The notes below the pieces were generated by a model. That model was not told where the DNA came from. It was given only the letters and a program-made list of their open reading frames with translations, and searched no databases. Shown piece by piece: positions 1 to 8,290 of a stretch of 64,000 nucleotides of DNA. Source of the DNA: an uncultured Acidobacteriota bacterium (GTDB lineage: Bacteria > Acidobacteriota > Vicinamibacteria > Vicinamibacterales > UBA8438); assembly GCA_913043225.1 (NCBI GenBank), contig CAJWLU010000007.1, forward strand, positions 32,001-96,000. The letters run 5' to 3'. The translations under genes were made by a program, and so were the position numbers. Numbering within the stretch: position 1 is the stretch's first letter; each line of letters begins with the position of its first letter.

Positions 1-19
1 CCAGAGTATAGTAGGCCTT

Positions 20-1180
20 GTGAGCAGGAGGGCACGCTCCCACCGCGGTCGCGCCGCCAGGTCCGGGACTCGGCTCACACTCGCGCTGCTGCTAATGACG
101 ACCTTCGGCGGCGACCTCCCATCGACGCAGAGCCAGCGCATTCCAACGACACTGGCCGCCCTGGACGCCTACGCGAGCTTCTTTCACCGGAGACAGGTCG
201 TCGTGCAAGCGGTGTCCGAAGGGGAGTTCCAGAACGTCTTCATCACCGACGGGCCACATCGAATTCGGGCGTTGAACGTGGCTCCACCGGTCGACGGCGA
301 AACCGAACTCCTCGAGATTGACGGCACCTACTGGGACGTGGGACGGCTGCAACCGAACGACCCCCGGCTCGATCAGTACCCAATCGCCCAGCTATCACAG
401 GAGCTGCTTGGTAAACCATGGCCGGCCAGCGGGGAGCTCCCGCTGCTGATCGCGGACGAAACCAGACGCGCGCGCCCCGCGGACACTACGACACTGCGGG
501 CGATCGCCATCGCGCCACAGGACTACCGGGCTCAGCAGGTGACGGTCACCGGCAGATTTCGCGGACGCAACCTGTTCGGCGACCAGCCGGAGGCGCCGGG
601 CGCAAGCCCGCACGATTTTGTCCTGCTGTCTGGGGATGCCTCGCTGTGGGTTGTTGGAAAAGAGCCGAAAGGACGCGACTTCGAGCTTGACATCATGGCT
701 CGCGTCGACACGAGCCGATGGCTTGAAGTGACCGGCACCGTGACCGGCACCGATCAGCTGATCTCGATCGAGGCCGAGACGCTAGCGTTGGCCGAGCGCC
801 CCAGCGCCCCAGCGCCCGTGGCCATCTCCACCGAGCGGGACGAACCGCGGCCACCGGCCGAGGTGATCTTCTCGGCGCCGACGCCTGACGATATCGACGT
901 GCCCGTCGACAGCCTGGTTCGGGTGCAGTTCTCCCGAGACATGGACGGTGACACCTTTAGCGGGCAGGTGGCAGTGAGCTACTTGGGCGCCGACGACGAC
1001 GCGCCGCCGCTCGAATTCGAGCTGTCTTATCGTCCCCGAAACCGCGTCCTCAATATCAGCTTCGTCGAACCGTTCGAGGCCTACCGCAGCGTCGAAGTCA
1101 CCTTCAGCGACAAGATCATGACACGCGATGGCGCCACGCTGGTGCCGCACACGCTCAGCTTCTCTACCGGTGGTTCGTAG
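20..1180 (+). CDS. Exported hypothetical protein: two repeated OB-fold-like units plus C-terminal bacterial Ig-like (Big_5-like) domain
   Basis: 386-aa ORF; basic/hydrophobic N-terminus; repeats PTTLAALDAYASFFHRRQVVV and TTTLRAIAIAPQDYRAQQVTV; C-terminal EVIFSAPTPDDIDVPVDSLVRVQFSRDMD...SFSTG resembles Big_5. Confidence 0.7.
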   Translation: MSRRARSHRGRAARSGTRLTLALLLMTTFGGDLPSTQSQRIPTTLAALDAYASFFHRRQVVVQAVSEGEFQNVFITDGPHRIRALNVAPPVDGETELLEIDGTYWDVGRLQPNDPRLDQYPIAQLSQELLGKPWPASGELPLLIADETRRARPADTTTLRAIAIAPQDYRAQQVTVTGRFRGRNLFGDQPEAPGASPHDFVLLSGDASLWVVGKEPKGRDFELDIMARVDTSRWLEVTGTVTGTDQLISIEAETLALAERPSAPAPVAISTERDEPRPPAEVIFSAPTPDDIDVPVDSLVRVQFSRDMDGDTFSGQVAVSYLGADDDAPPLEFELSYRPRNRVLNISFVEPFEAYRSVEVTFSDKIMTRDGATLVPHTLSFSTGGS

Positions 1181-1308
1181 GTCGAGAACCTGCCCTCCCG
1201 TTCCCGGCCTCAGGCCGGGCGCTCAGATATTGACCAAGGGCAGCTCTCGCCCCTGCGCGTAAGGTCGCCGCGCGAGCTTTCGCGGCAACGACCGGCAAAG
1301 TCGGCTGG

Positions 1309-2067
1309 TCAGCTTTCGTCGCGAGGACCGACAGGCCCCTTCGCTATGAGGGCTTCCATCCTTGCGCGAGTCTCTCGGGAAAGATCGTCGCGGCGTTCGA
1401 GACCATAGTCGGCCGAGGCGAGCGACTCGCCAATTCGCACGCTGATGGTCACGGAACGAATGATCGGGCTGCCCTTCCGCATCGCGTCGTGGCTGCCCAG
1501 AATCACGAGCGGGACGATCGCCGACCGCCCACGGATCGCCATTACGAATCCACCCTTCTTGAACGGTAACAGCTCGCCGGTACGGCTCCGGGTTCCCTCG
1601 GGGAACACCAGGAAGGAATTTCCCTCTCGGAGCCCCGCAGCCGCAATGTCGATCGCCTTTCGGCTCTGCTCGCGGCTCCGACGCTGAATCGGAACGAAGC
1701 CTGCAATATCGAAGACGGTGGACAACACCGGGATTCGATGAATCTCGGCTTTGTAGAGAATCCGCAGCCTAGGATGGACGGCCGCCAGCGCCATGTAGAT
1801 GATCGGCGGCTCGATGTTGCTGGCGTGATTGACGCAGTACACCGTCGCCTGTTCCCGCCTAAGTCGCTCCTGTCCCGTGACCCGGTACCGGATTCCAGCC
1901 GTCGTCAGCCCGATCCTGCACCCCTGGCGCCCAAGCCAGTACAGGAAATGCGAACGCCTGATGATGAGAGTGACCACGATACCGATTGGCGACGCTACCA
2001 GCACATAGAGCAAGACCAGCACGTAGGCGGCGATCGAACGGGCCGTGGCGACAACGGTGGACAGCAC
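1309..2067 (-). CDS. plsC: 1-acyl-sn-glycerol-3-phosphate acyltransferase
   Basis: NHASNIE (HX4D/E) and FPEGTRS motifs, FKKGGF, N-terminal TM segment. Confidence 0.88.
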   Translation of the reverse strand: MLSTVVATARSIAAYVLVLLYVLVASPIGIVVTLIIRRSHFLYWLGRQGCRIGLTTAGIRYRVTGQERLRREQATVYCVNHASNIEPPIIYMALAAVHPRLRILYKAEIHRIPVLSTVFDIAGFVPIQRRSREQSRKAIDIAAAGLREGNSFLVFPEGTRSRTGELLPFKKGGFVMAIRGRSAIVPLVILGSHDAMRKGSPIIRSVTISVRIGESLASADYGLERRDDLSRETRARMEALIAKGPVGPRDES

Positions 2068-2101
2068 GCGGTTCCTCGACCGAGTGGCACACTTGGGGGA
2101 T

Positions 2102-2140
2102 AAAACACGAAAAACCCGACCCGGCAGAACCGGGTCGGGC
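2102..2140 (-). terminator. Intrinsic terminator downstream of carD
   Basis: Minus strand reads GCCCGACCCGG-TTCTG-CCGGGTCGGGT followed by TTTCGTGTTTT, about 25 nt after the carD stop. Confidence 0.75.
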
Positions 2141-2166
2141 GTGCATCATACCGCTGAGCCGGTGCG

Positions 2167-2904
2167 TTAGGAGGCGCGTGCCGTGCGTCTGGCGCTCCGG
2201 GTTGCCGTCTTCGCCTTGGCCACCTTCTTGGCCTTGGCCTTAGTCTTCGCCGCCTTAGCACGTGGCGAAGTGGTCGTCTTGGCAGACTTTACCGTTTTCG
2301 CCGTCTTGGTGGCCTTGGCCGTCTTGGCGGCCTTGGCCGTCTTGGCGGCCTTCGTGGTCTTGGTCGCCTTGGCCTTCGGTTTCGCCTTCGCGCGGGCAAT
2401 CGCCTTGGCACGATTGACGAAGCAGCGCTCGAGCGCCCTGTCGACCTTCTGGTCGATCGCCTCGGCCGTATCGCCGATGACCTCCGAAATCTCAGACACC
2501 ACCAGGAACTTAGCCCGATCGAGCATCCGCTTCTCGCGGAACGACAAGTTCTTCGATTTGGCCAAGAACGTCAGGTTCTTCAGGACATCGACAACGTCGT
2601 AGATCGACCCTGTCCGCATCTTGTCCGAGTTGTCCTTGAAGCGTCCTTTCCAGTTCTGGTGGTTATCAATCTTGCCGTTGCCGAGCAGCGTGAAGAGCTT
2701 CTTCACCTCTTGGTCGGCAATAGCTCGCCGAAGGCCCACGGCCTCGACATTGTCGACCGGCACGAGCACAATCGTGTCGCTGTCGGCCATGCGCAGCGAA
2801 TAGAACCCACACGTGGTGTCCATAATCGTGCGCGTCTCGATCCGCTCAACGACCCCGAGACCGTGATTCGGGTAAATGACCTTGTCGCCAACCTCGAATT
2901 TCAC
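2167..2904 (-). CDS. carD: CarD/CdnL family RNA-polymerase-binding regulator with Lys/Ala/Thr-rich histone-H1-like C-terminal tail
   Basis: FEVGDKVIYPNHGLGVV CarD/TRCF start; NWKGRFKDNSDKMRTGS; LSFREKRMLDRAK; about 80-aa AKTAKA-repeat tail. Confidence 0.93.
   Translation of the reverse strand: MKFEVGDKVIYPNHGLGVVERIETRTIMDTTCGFYSLRMADSDTIVLVPVDNVEAVGLRRAIADQEVKKLFTLLGNGKIDNHQNWKGRFKDNSDKMRTGSIYDVVDVLKNLTFLAKSKNLSFREKRMLDRAKFLVVSEISEVIGDTAEAIDQKVDRALERCFVNRAKAIARAKAKPKAKATKTTKAAKTAKAAKTAKATKTAKTVKSAKTTTSPRAKAAKTKAKAKKVAKAKTATRSARRTARAS
2295..2375. repeat. Imperfect 18-bp coding tandem repeat encoding AKTAKA units of the CarD tail
   Basis: Repeated GCCGTCTTGG(T/C)GGCCTTG units on the + strand. 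Confidence 0.8.
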
Positions 2905-2950
2905 ATTGCCCCCAGTTGGATCCAGGTTTTCCGTCCTTCAGAACCCTAAA

Positions 2951-2979
2951 ACTATAGCGCATCATGCGTCACAGATCAA
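2951..2979 (-). promoter_or_regulatory. Putative sigma70 promoter of carD
   Basis: Minus strand TTGATC (2979-2974), 17-bp spacer, TATAGT (2956-2951), about 47 nt upstream of the GTG start. Confidence 0.6.
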
Positions 2980-3073
2980 CCGCAAACCTAGTAAGAATAG
3001 AGAGTTATGGGTTTTTGAATAACCAAAAAAACATCACAATCACGGGTCATGCAGGTACCTAAATTCCTGCCGT

Positions 3074-3087
3074 TGCAACCGGTTGCA
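3074..3087. promoter_or_regulatory. Perfect 14-bp palindrome, LacI-type operator-like
   Basis: TGCAACCGGTTGCA in the divergent carD/methyltransferase intergenic region. Confidence 0.45.
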
Positions 3088-3106
3088 CGGACTTGCTCAG
3101 TCTTAC

Positions 3107-3138
3107 GACCCAATTAATTACATTTATGTAATTTAATT
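3107..3138. other. AT-rich inverted repeat (operator or degenerate dif-like site)
   Basis: AATTACAT-TT-ATGTAATT (3116-3133); can also be parsed GACCCAATTAA-TTACAT-TTATGTAATTT. Confidence 0.35.
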
Positions 3139-3292
3139 TGCGGTCCGGGGAATCGACACCGTGGCTAGGTCATTCAACAAATAGCCAGAAGAATGCCACC
3201 GACTCGGGTACCTGAGAGGCGGGCACAGCTATAGGGCGCAAATACTGTAGAGTAGGGGCCGCGTAAGCCCCGATCGAGAGCGAGGACACCCA

Positions 3293-3883
3293 ATGCAGAG
3301 CCCTGCGACGTCACCTGCAGCATGGACGGCTGCGGCCGTGCTGCTGGCACTGGTGCTGCTGGCGCAGCCATCGTTCAACTTGGTGGCGGCCCAGGATGCG
3401 GAAAGCCTGGCGCCATACGTGCCAACCCCTCAGGAAGTGGTCAACCGGATGCTTGAGCTAGCCGAGGTCACGAGCGACGACGTGGTCTACGACCTGGGCT
3501 GCGGTGACGGCCGGATCGTGATTACGGCCGCCCTTCGCTATGGTGCCAGAGGGGTCGGCATCGACTTCGATCCCGAACGGATTGCCGAAGCGAACGCCAA
3601 TGCCGAACTGCAGGGCGTAGAGGATCTCGTCACCTTTATCCAGCAGGACGCGATGACCGCCGACGTATCGGACGCGACGGTCGTGACGCTGTACCTGCTG
3701 TCGTCGTCGAATCGGAAGCTTCGCCCTATCCTGACCCGACAACTCGCGCCCGGCTCGCGAATCGTGTCGCACGCCTTTCGCATGGGCGACTGGGACCCAG
3801 AAGAAACGGTGAACTTCCCGGACGACCGTGGCAATATGCGTACGCTTCATCTGTGGCGCACCGACGGCCGCGTACGCCCCTGA
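3293..3883 (+). CDS. Class I SAM-dependent methyltransferase with predicted signal peptide
   Basis: APYVPTP, VYDLGCGDGRI, ATVVTLYLL, GSRIVSHAF motifs; SD-like GAGGA upstream. Confidence 0.88.
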   Translation: MQSPATSPAAWTAAAVLLALVLLAQPSFNLVAAQDAESLAPYVPTPQEVVNRMLELAEVTSDDVVYDLGCGDGRIVITAALRYGARGVGIDFDPERIAEANANAELQGVEDLVTFIQQDAMTADVSDATVVTLYLLSSSNRKLRPILTRQLAPGSRIVSHAFRMGDWDPEETVNFPDDRGNMRTLHLWRTDGRVRP

Positions 3884-3934
3884 CCCGGAGCCCCCTCGAC
3901 GTGAGGCGTCGGGCGACGGGCCACCCCGCTCCGT

Positions 3935-4021
3935 GCCGGAGTGGTGAAACTGGCAGACGCGCGGGATTCAAAATCCCGTGGACTTCGGTCCGTGTGGGTT
4001 CGAACCCCACCTCCGGCACCA
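3935..4021 (+). tRNA. tRNA-Leu(CAA)
   Basis: Acceptor GCCGGAG/CTCCGGC, anticodon arm CGGGA-TTCAAAA-TCCCG, long variable arm, GGTTCGAA T-loop, encoded CCA. Confidence 0.97.
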
Positions 4022-4051
4022 TTTTTTCTCAGCAAAAGCGGCCATCGATTA

Positions 4052-4088
4052 GGAGACGCGGAACTTCTGGTCACGGAGTTTCGTCTCC
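4052..4088 (+). terminator. Imperfect hairpin downstream of the tRNA, possible terminator
   Basis: GGAGACG...GAACT/AGTTT...CGTCTCC inverted repeat; no clear U-tract. Confidence 0.35.
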
Positions 4089-4104
4089 GCTCGGCCTCCC
4101 ACAG

Positions 4105-4216
4105 GCTCCCGTGGTCTTCACCCTGCCCCGTTGCTGCTGATCGCCATCGCCGCCTGCCAGCTTCCGGTTCGCCGTGCGACCCAGGTAGATCCGATGGTCC
4201 CCTTCGGCACCAATAG
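4105..4216 (+). pseudogene. 3' remnant of an ABC/FtsX-like (ADOP-type) permease
   Basis: Translates LLLIAIAACQLPVRRATQVDPMV then, after a 1-nt loss, LRHQ-stop; matches the typical ...ACxLPARRAxxVDPMVALRxE terminus. Confidence 0.75.
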
Positions 4217-4241
4217 GCTTTTCCGACTACAATTCGGCGGC

Positions 4242-5621
4242 ATGAGACGACTTGGACTGGCCATTGCGGGAGTGGCCCTGCTGACAGCAGGGTGCGGCGG
4301 CAACACGACCCCGGAGGGCCAGCCGGAATCGACCGAGCCTGGCGGCGTGGCCCTGGTGGGCGGGCAGCTGATCGACGGCACCGGCGGTGCGCCGGTGGCC
4401 GACTCGGTGGTAATCGTCAGAGATGGCCGGATCGAGAGCGCTGGTCCACGGGAGACGACCCCGATACCGGACGGGGTCGAGACGGTAGACCTGGCGGGAA
4501 AGACCCTGATGCCCGGCCTCGTGAACCTCCACGTGCACTATCGCGAGGGCGGCGAGGAAATCCAGCGGCAGTTCGACGCTCAACTGCACTACGGTGTCAC
4601 AACCGCGCGCAGCATCGGCAGCGACACCCCCGAGCGCGTCGCCTTCCTGCTCGAATCAGCGGGTCGCACGAACGCCCCCCGCACCTTCACCGCAGGGCTC
4701 GGCTTCTCTCGCCCGGGTGGCTTCAACGCCGCAGGGCGAAACGCCCCGGAGACCCAAGAAGAGGCACGACAACTGGTCCGCGATCAGCTCGCGCTCGGCG
4801 TCCACTTCATCAAGATGTGGGTCAATGAGGTCGCCGAGCCAGATCGGAAGATCACCCCCGAGATTCGGAGCGCCATCATCGACGAAGCGATCGCCAACGG
4901 CGCCATCCCAGTCGCGCACATCGACGAAGAGGCGGACGGACGGCAGCTAATCGGGGCCGGGCTGACCGACTTCCTGCACAGCACCGTCCTGACCTTCGGC
5001 CCCGGATCCGGCGCGCCGATGGACGACCCCGACCCGTCGGCCGAGTTCATCCAGATGTGCCTGGAGTCTGGCGCCTACTTCACGCCGACCCTCTCCATCA
5101 TCCAGGGCAACTGGCACTTCGCCGAGAACCCCGGGCTGCTCGACGACCCGGACCTACAGGCGGCGTTCGGCACCTACAACCCGGACGCGCTGGCTGGCTG
5201 GCAGGACGAGGAACGCCGGGCGAGCGTGGTCAGCGCCGACAACTTCGAGGACCGCAAGGCGGCCTTCCGGCAGGCCCAAGACTTCGTGCGGACGATGCAC
5301 GAAGCCGGCGTCAAGGTGGCCATGGGGAACGATGCCGGCACCCCGAACGTACCGTTCGGGTGGGGCATGCACCACGAGATGGAGCTCTACGTGGAGGCTG
5401 GCCTGAGCCCGATGGAGGCGATCATCGCCGCCACCAATCTCGGCGCGAGCCAGATGCCCCCGGTCGGAGAGGCAGACTTCGGGACGCTCGAGGCGGGCAA
5501 GGTGGCAGACCTGATCGTGCTGAACGCCAACCCGCTGGCCGACATTACCAACACCCTGGACATCGACCGGGTGATGCGGCTCGGCGAGTGGGTCGACCGG
5601 TCCGCCCTAACCGCGAACTAG
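4242..5621 (+). CDS. Amidohydrolase family lipoprotein (paralog A)
   Basis: ATG 4242 gives lipobox LTAGC; PGLVNLHVH, FIKMW, VAH, FLH, GND and GKVADLIVL motifs; the ORF-track extension upstream is the permease remnant. Confidence 0.9.
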   Translation: MRRLGLAIAGVALLTAGCGGNTTPEGQPESTEPGGVALVGGQLIDGTGGAPVADSVVIVRDGRIESAGPRETTPIPDGVETVDLAGKTLMPGLVNLHVHYREGGEEIQRQFDAQLHYGVTTARSIGSDTPERVAFLLESAGRTNAPRTFTAGLGFSRPGGFNAAGRNAPETQEEARQLVRDQLALGVHFIKMWVNEVAEPDRKITPEIRSAIIDEAIANGAIPVAHIDEEADGRQLIGAGLTDFLHSTVLTFGPGSGAPMDDPDPSAEFIQMCLESGAYFTPTLSIIQGNWHFAENPGLLDDPDLQAAFGTYNPDALAGWQDEERRASVVSADNFEDRKAAFRQAQDFVRTMHEAGVKVAMGNDAGTPNVPFGWGMHHEMELYVEAGLSPMEAIIAATNLGASQMPPVGEADFGTLEAGKVADLIVLNANPLADITNTLDIDRVMRLGEWVDRSALTAN

Positions 5622-6610
5622 CGCCCTTCGGCTTCCTGCAAACGGGCGCCGGCCAGGATGTTGTACAGGCCGTAGTTGCCTTCGTGGCAAGCGTACTCGA
5701 AGAGCGGCATCTCGTTCTTCACCATCGGCAGGCGGTAGGTCCAGGGACGATCCCAGGCCCCAGGATCGGTCACGGTCACCTCATAGATCAGTAACCCGTC
5801 CGAGACACGGGTAAACCGCTCGATCAGGTGCAGATCGCGCGTGGTCACCCCGGCGCGGAAGCTGGTCTCGCGCAGAAAGTTGGTGGTCTCGACCACCAAG
5901 GTCTCACCCTCCCAGCGCCCACGGGAATCGCCCATCCACTGACGTACGCCATCCGGCAAGTGCGGTCGCCCGTCGAGCGGAATGATCCGTGAACTATGGA
6001 CCATCTCATTCAGGAGTAAGACGTGGTCTTCAGTCTGGGCAATCTGAACGTTTTGGTTGTAGCCGGCCGGATTCATAGGCGGCCCAGAGTTGAAGCCCAG
6101 AATGCATCGGACGGCGAACATGCCATCTCCGAGGTCATCCACCCACCCGCCCGGAGTAGGGGCGTGCCGATCGATACCTGTCCGCGAGTCGACGAGCACT
6201 TGCCGTCTGACCGCAGCCTCAGCGTGGAGCGGGGGGACTCGGCCATCCGGCGGATCGACCACAAGGGAGGTCTGATTCGTCTCGGCCACGCCGTCGCCGG
6301 TCTCGAACCAGAACTGGTTGTAGTTTCCGACGATGTCGGCCGGTTCCTGGTCGTCCCGCACCTCAAACTCGGCGAACCGAGCCGCCTCAAAGGCCGCCGC
6401 CTCCTCCTCGGTGAAGAACGCCTGATTCCCGAGCTCGGTGGGACGCTCGAACGGCGTCAAGGTCCGGAAGTCCCAGACGCCGTTCAGATCGGGCGCGCCC
6501 CAAGAGGTAGCAGGCCCGCCGCCCTCTGGAGCCTGAGCGGCGACCGGGGTCGCCAGCTCGCCCCACCAGAACCCGAGCCCAAGGATCGTCACCAACGTCC
6601 GTACATGCAC
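5618..6610 (-). CDS. Secreted hypothetical protein, EYACHEGN family (paralog 1)
   Basis: Signal peptide; PDLNGVW, YNQNVQI, GDSRGRWEGETLVVET, FEYACHEGN; homologous to two other ORFs in the window. Confidence 0.85.
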   Translation of the reverse strand: MHVRTLVTILGLGFWWGELATPVAAQAPEGGGPATSWGAPDLNGVWDFRTLTPFERPTELGNQAFFTEEEAAAFEAARFAEFEVRDDQEPADIVGNYNQFWFETGDGVAETNQTSLVVDPPDGRVPPLHAEAAVRRQVLVDSRTGIDRHAPTPGGWVDDLGDGMFAVRCILGFNSGPPMNPAGYNQNVQIAQTEDHVLLLNEMVHSSRIIPLDGRPHLPDGVRQWMGDSRGRWEGETLVVETTNFLRETSFRAGVTTRDLHLIERFTRVSDGLLIYEVTVTDPGAWDRPWTYRLPMVKNEMPLFEYACHEGNYGLYNILAGARLQEAEGR

Positions 6611-6611
6611 G

Positions 6612-7094
6612 TCACCCTCCCCCGACGCCTTCCGCGTCGGACTCCTCGAGCTTGGTCCACTCGACGGTACGACCGAGCAACCGGATACCCAGCCAGCCGC
6701 GCACCTTCAGTACGCCGTCCTTAAGTTCGAGATCCGCTTTGTATTGCTTCCCGTTCTCGGGGTTGTAGATCCGCCCATCCTTCCATTTCCTACCATCGAA
6801 CCGGAAATTCAGGATGAAGTCGGCCCCAAGCAATGAGCGACCTTGCAACTGCGGGTCCGGATTCTGGGCATCGATACCATCGGCCGGTGGCTCGTCGTAG
6901 AAGTGCACGAATTTCCCGTGATAGAGCCCGTCCCGCTCGTACATCTCCACGTAGGCGCCGTCACCGGTGTCCCACCGCCCAAGGATGACGGCGGGCAGCT
7001 CCGGAGAAGCCTGCGCCCAGATGGCGGCGGGCAGCAGACCGCTCGCGGCGACGGCCACAGCCAGTCCGAGCACGGCCACTCGCCTGCGCATCAC
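6612..7094 (-). CDS. DUF2147 family exported protein
   Basis: Signal peptide; ILGRW, NPDPQLQGRSLLG, WKDGRIYNPENGKQY, LKVRGWLGIRLLGRTVEW. Confidence 0.88.
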   Translation of the reverse strand: MMRRRVAVLGLAVAVAASGLLPAAIWAQASPELPAVILGRWDTGDGAYVEMYERDGLYHGKFVHFYDEPPADGIDAQNPDPQLQGRSLLGADFILNFRFDGRKWKDGRIYNPENGKQYKADLELKDGVLKVRGWLGIRLLGRTVEWTKLEESDAEGVGGG

Positions 7095-8110
7095 TGCCCC
7101 GCCGCCTTCTCAGCCGCCCGCGTCGAGCGCAACGAGAGCTCAGCCGCGTAGTTGCCTTCGTGACACGCATACTCGTAAATGAAGCCAGTCCCCGGGGCCG
7201 GACGCATGAAGATGCGCACCGTCCAGGGCTGGGTCCACGTCGATGGATCGTCGAGCGTGTACTCATACTGCAACCGCTCGGGTCCCACTCTCGTGAACCG
7301 CTCGATCAACCGTACGTTGTCCGATGAGCCGTTGATCCCACCGGTGAACCCGGTCGTCTCGACTACGAAGGTATCCCCCTCCCATCGACCATAGGAAACG
7401 CCAAGATCCTGTCGTACGTCGACGACCTCGCCCGCGGGCCGCACCGGAATCAGCCGGGTATCGTGCATCATTTCCATCTGGATGGCGACATGGGTCGGGG
7501 TCTGAAAAACCTGGTAGTTGCTGTTATAACCCCGACCGCTCATCGGCAACCGTCCGCCTCGACACAGCACCCCTCGGTCGAGCCGGGCCAATTCCTCGGT
7601 CACCCCGCTTGGGGGCCGGGCCAGCACCGCCTCCCGCTCGGCTCGCGCGCGCTCATTGCGAGCCACGGCCTCGGCCGTCAGCGGCGGAATGCGGCCATTG
7701 GGAGGGTCGACGATGAGCGACGTCCGATTGTCGAACCACCGCCCCTCCATCCACTGGTTGTCATAGCTCCAGAATGGCGGGCGCTGACCGTCTGGCGCGT
7801 CCGGCTCGTTCAGTGAGGCGAGCGCTGAGAGAAACACGCTATCGCCGAACACCGCGTCTCCGCCCTGAGCGGCGTAGGCGACCGCATGTGCCTCCAGCGC
7901 GGCGACCTCCTCGTCGGTCAGCGTGGTGCGCCCGCCAAGCGCCTCGGGGCGCTGCAGCGGCGTCGCCGAATCACTGGCCCAGATACCCTGAAGATCAGGC
8001 CGGCCGTCGGCGGTCCGAGGCACAGTCCACCCCTCCGGCGCCTGCGCCCAGCTCGCCGGGGCAAGGGTCACGACCACGGCCACGATCGTCAACAGACGAG
8101 TCTTCGTCAT
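7091..8110 (-). CDS. Secreted hypothetical protein, EYACHEGN family (paralog 2)
   Basis: ATG 8110 after AAGGAG SD; PDLQGIW, YNSNYQV, GRWEGDTFVVET, YEYACHEGN; stop overlaps the DUF2147 start. Confidence 0.85.
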   Translation of the reverse strand: MTKTRLLTIVAVVVTLAPASWAQAPEGWTVPRTADGRPDLQGIWASDSATPLQRPEALGGRTTLTDEEVAALEAHAVAYAAQGGDAVFGDSVFLSALASLNEPDAPDGQRPPFWSYDNQWMEGRWFDNRTSLIVDPPNGRIPPLTAEAVARNERARAEREAVLARPPSGVTEELARLDRGVLCRGGRLPMSGRGYNSNYQVFQTPTHVAIQMEMMHDTRLIPVRPAGEVVDVRQDLGVSYGRWEGDTFVVETTGFTGGINGSSDNVRLIERFTRVGPERLQYEYTLDDPSTWTQPWTVRIFMRPAPGTGFIYEYACHEGNYAAELSLRSTRAAEKAAGQ

Positions 8111-8290
8111 TCCGCTTCTCCTTCGCATCAACCCGAGGGCAGGATAGGTTGCGGTAGCAGCTGTCGCAAGTGCTCCGCAATGTTGCCACTTCGCTCGGCC
8201 ACGAAATGTGACTTCCCGATCGCCAGTCGAGCGCGTGAACTCTCCTCGAATCTCCAATAGAGACCGGCCCCGGTGGTAGGATGCGTGGCC

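Noticed and set aside
2295..2375. Tandem repeat as a CRISPR array
   Set aside because: In-frame coding repeat with no spacers and no cas genes
4131..4241. N-terminal extension of amidohydrolase A in the ORF track
   Set aside because: It is the permease remnant read in frame; the lipoprotein signal and -10 box support ATG 4242
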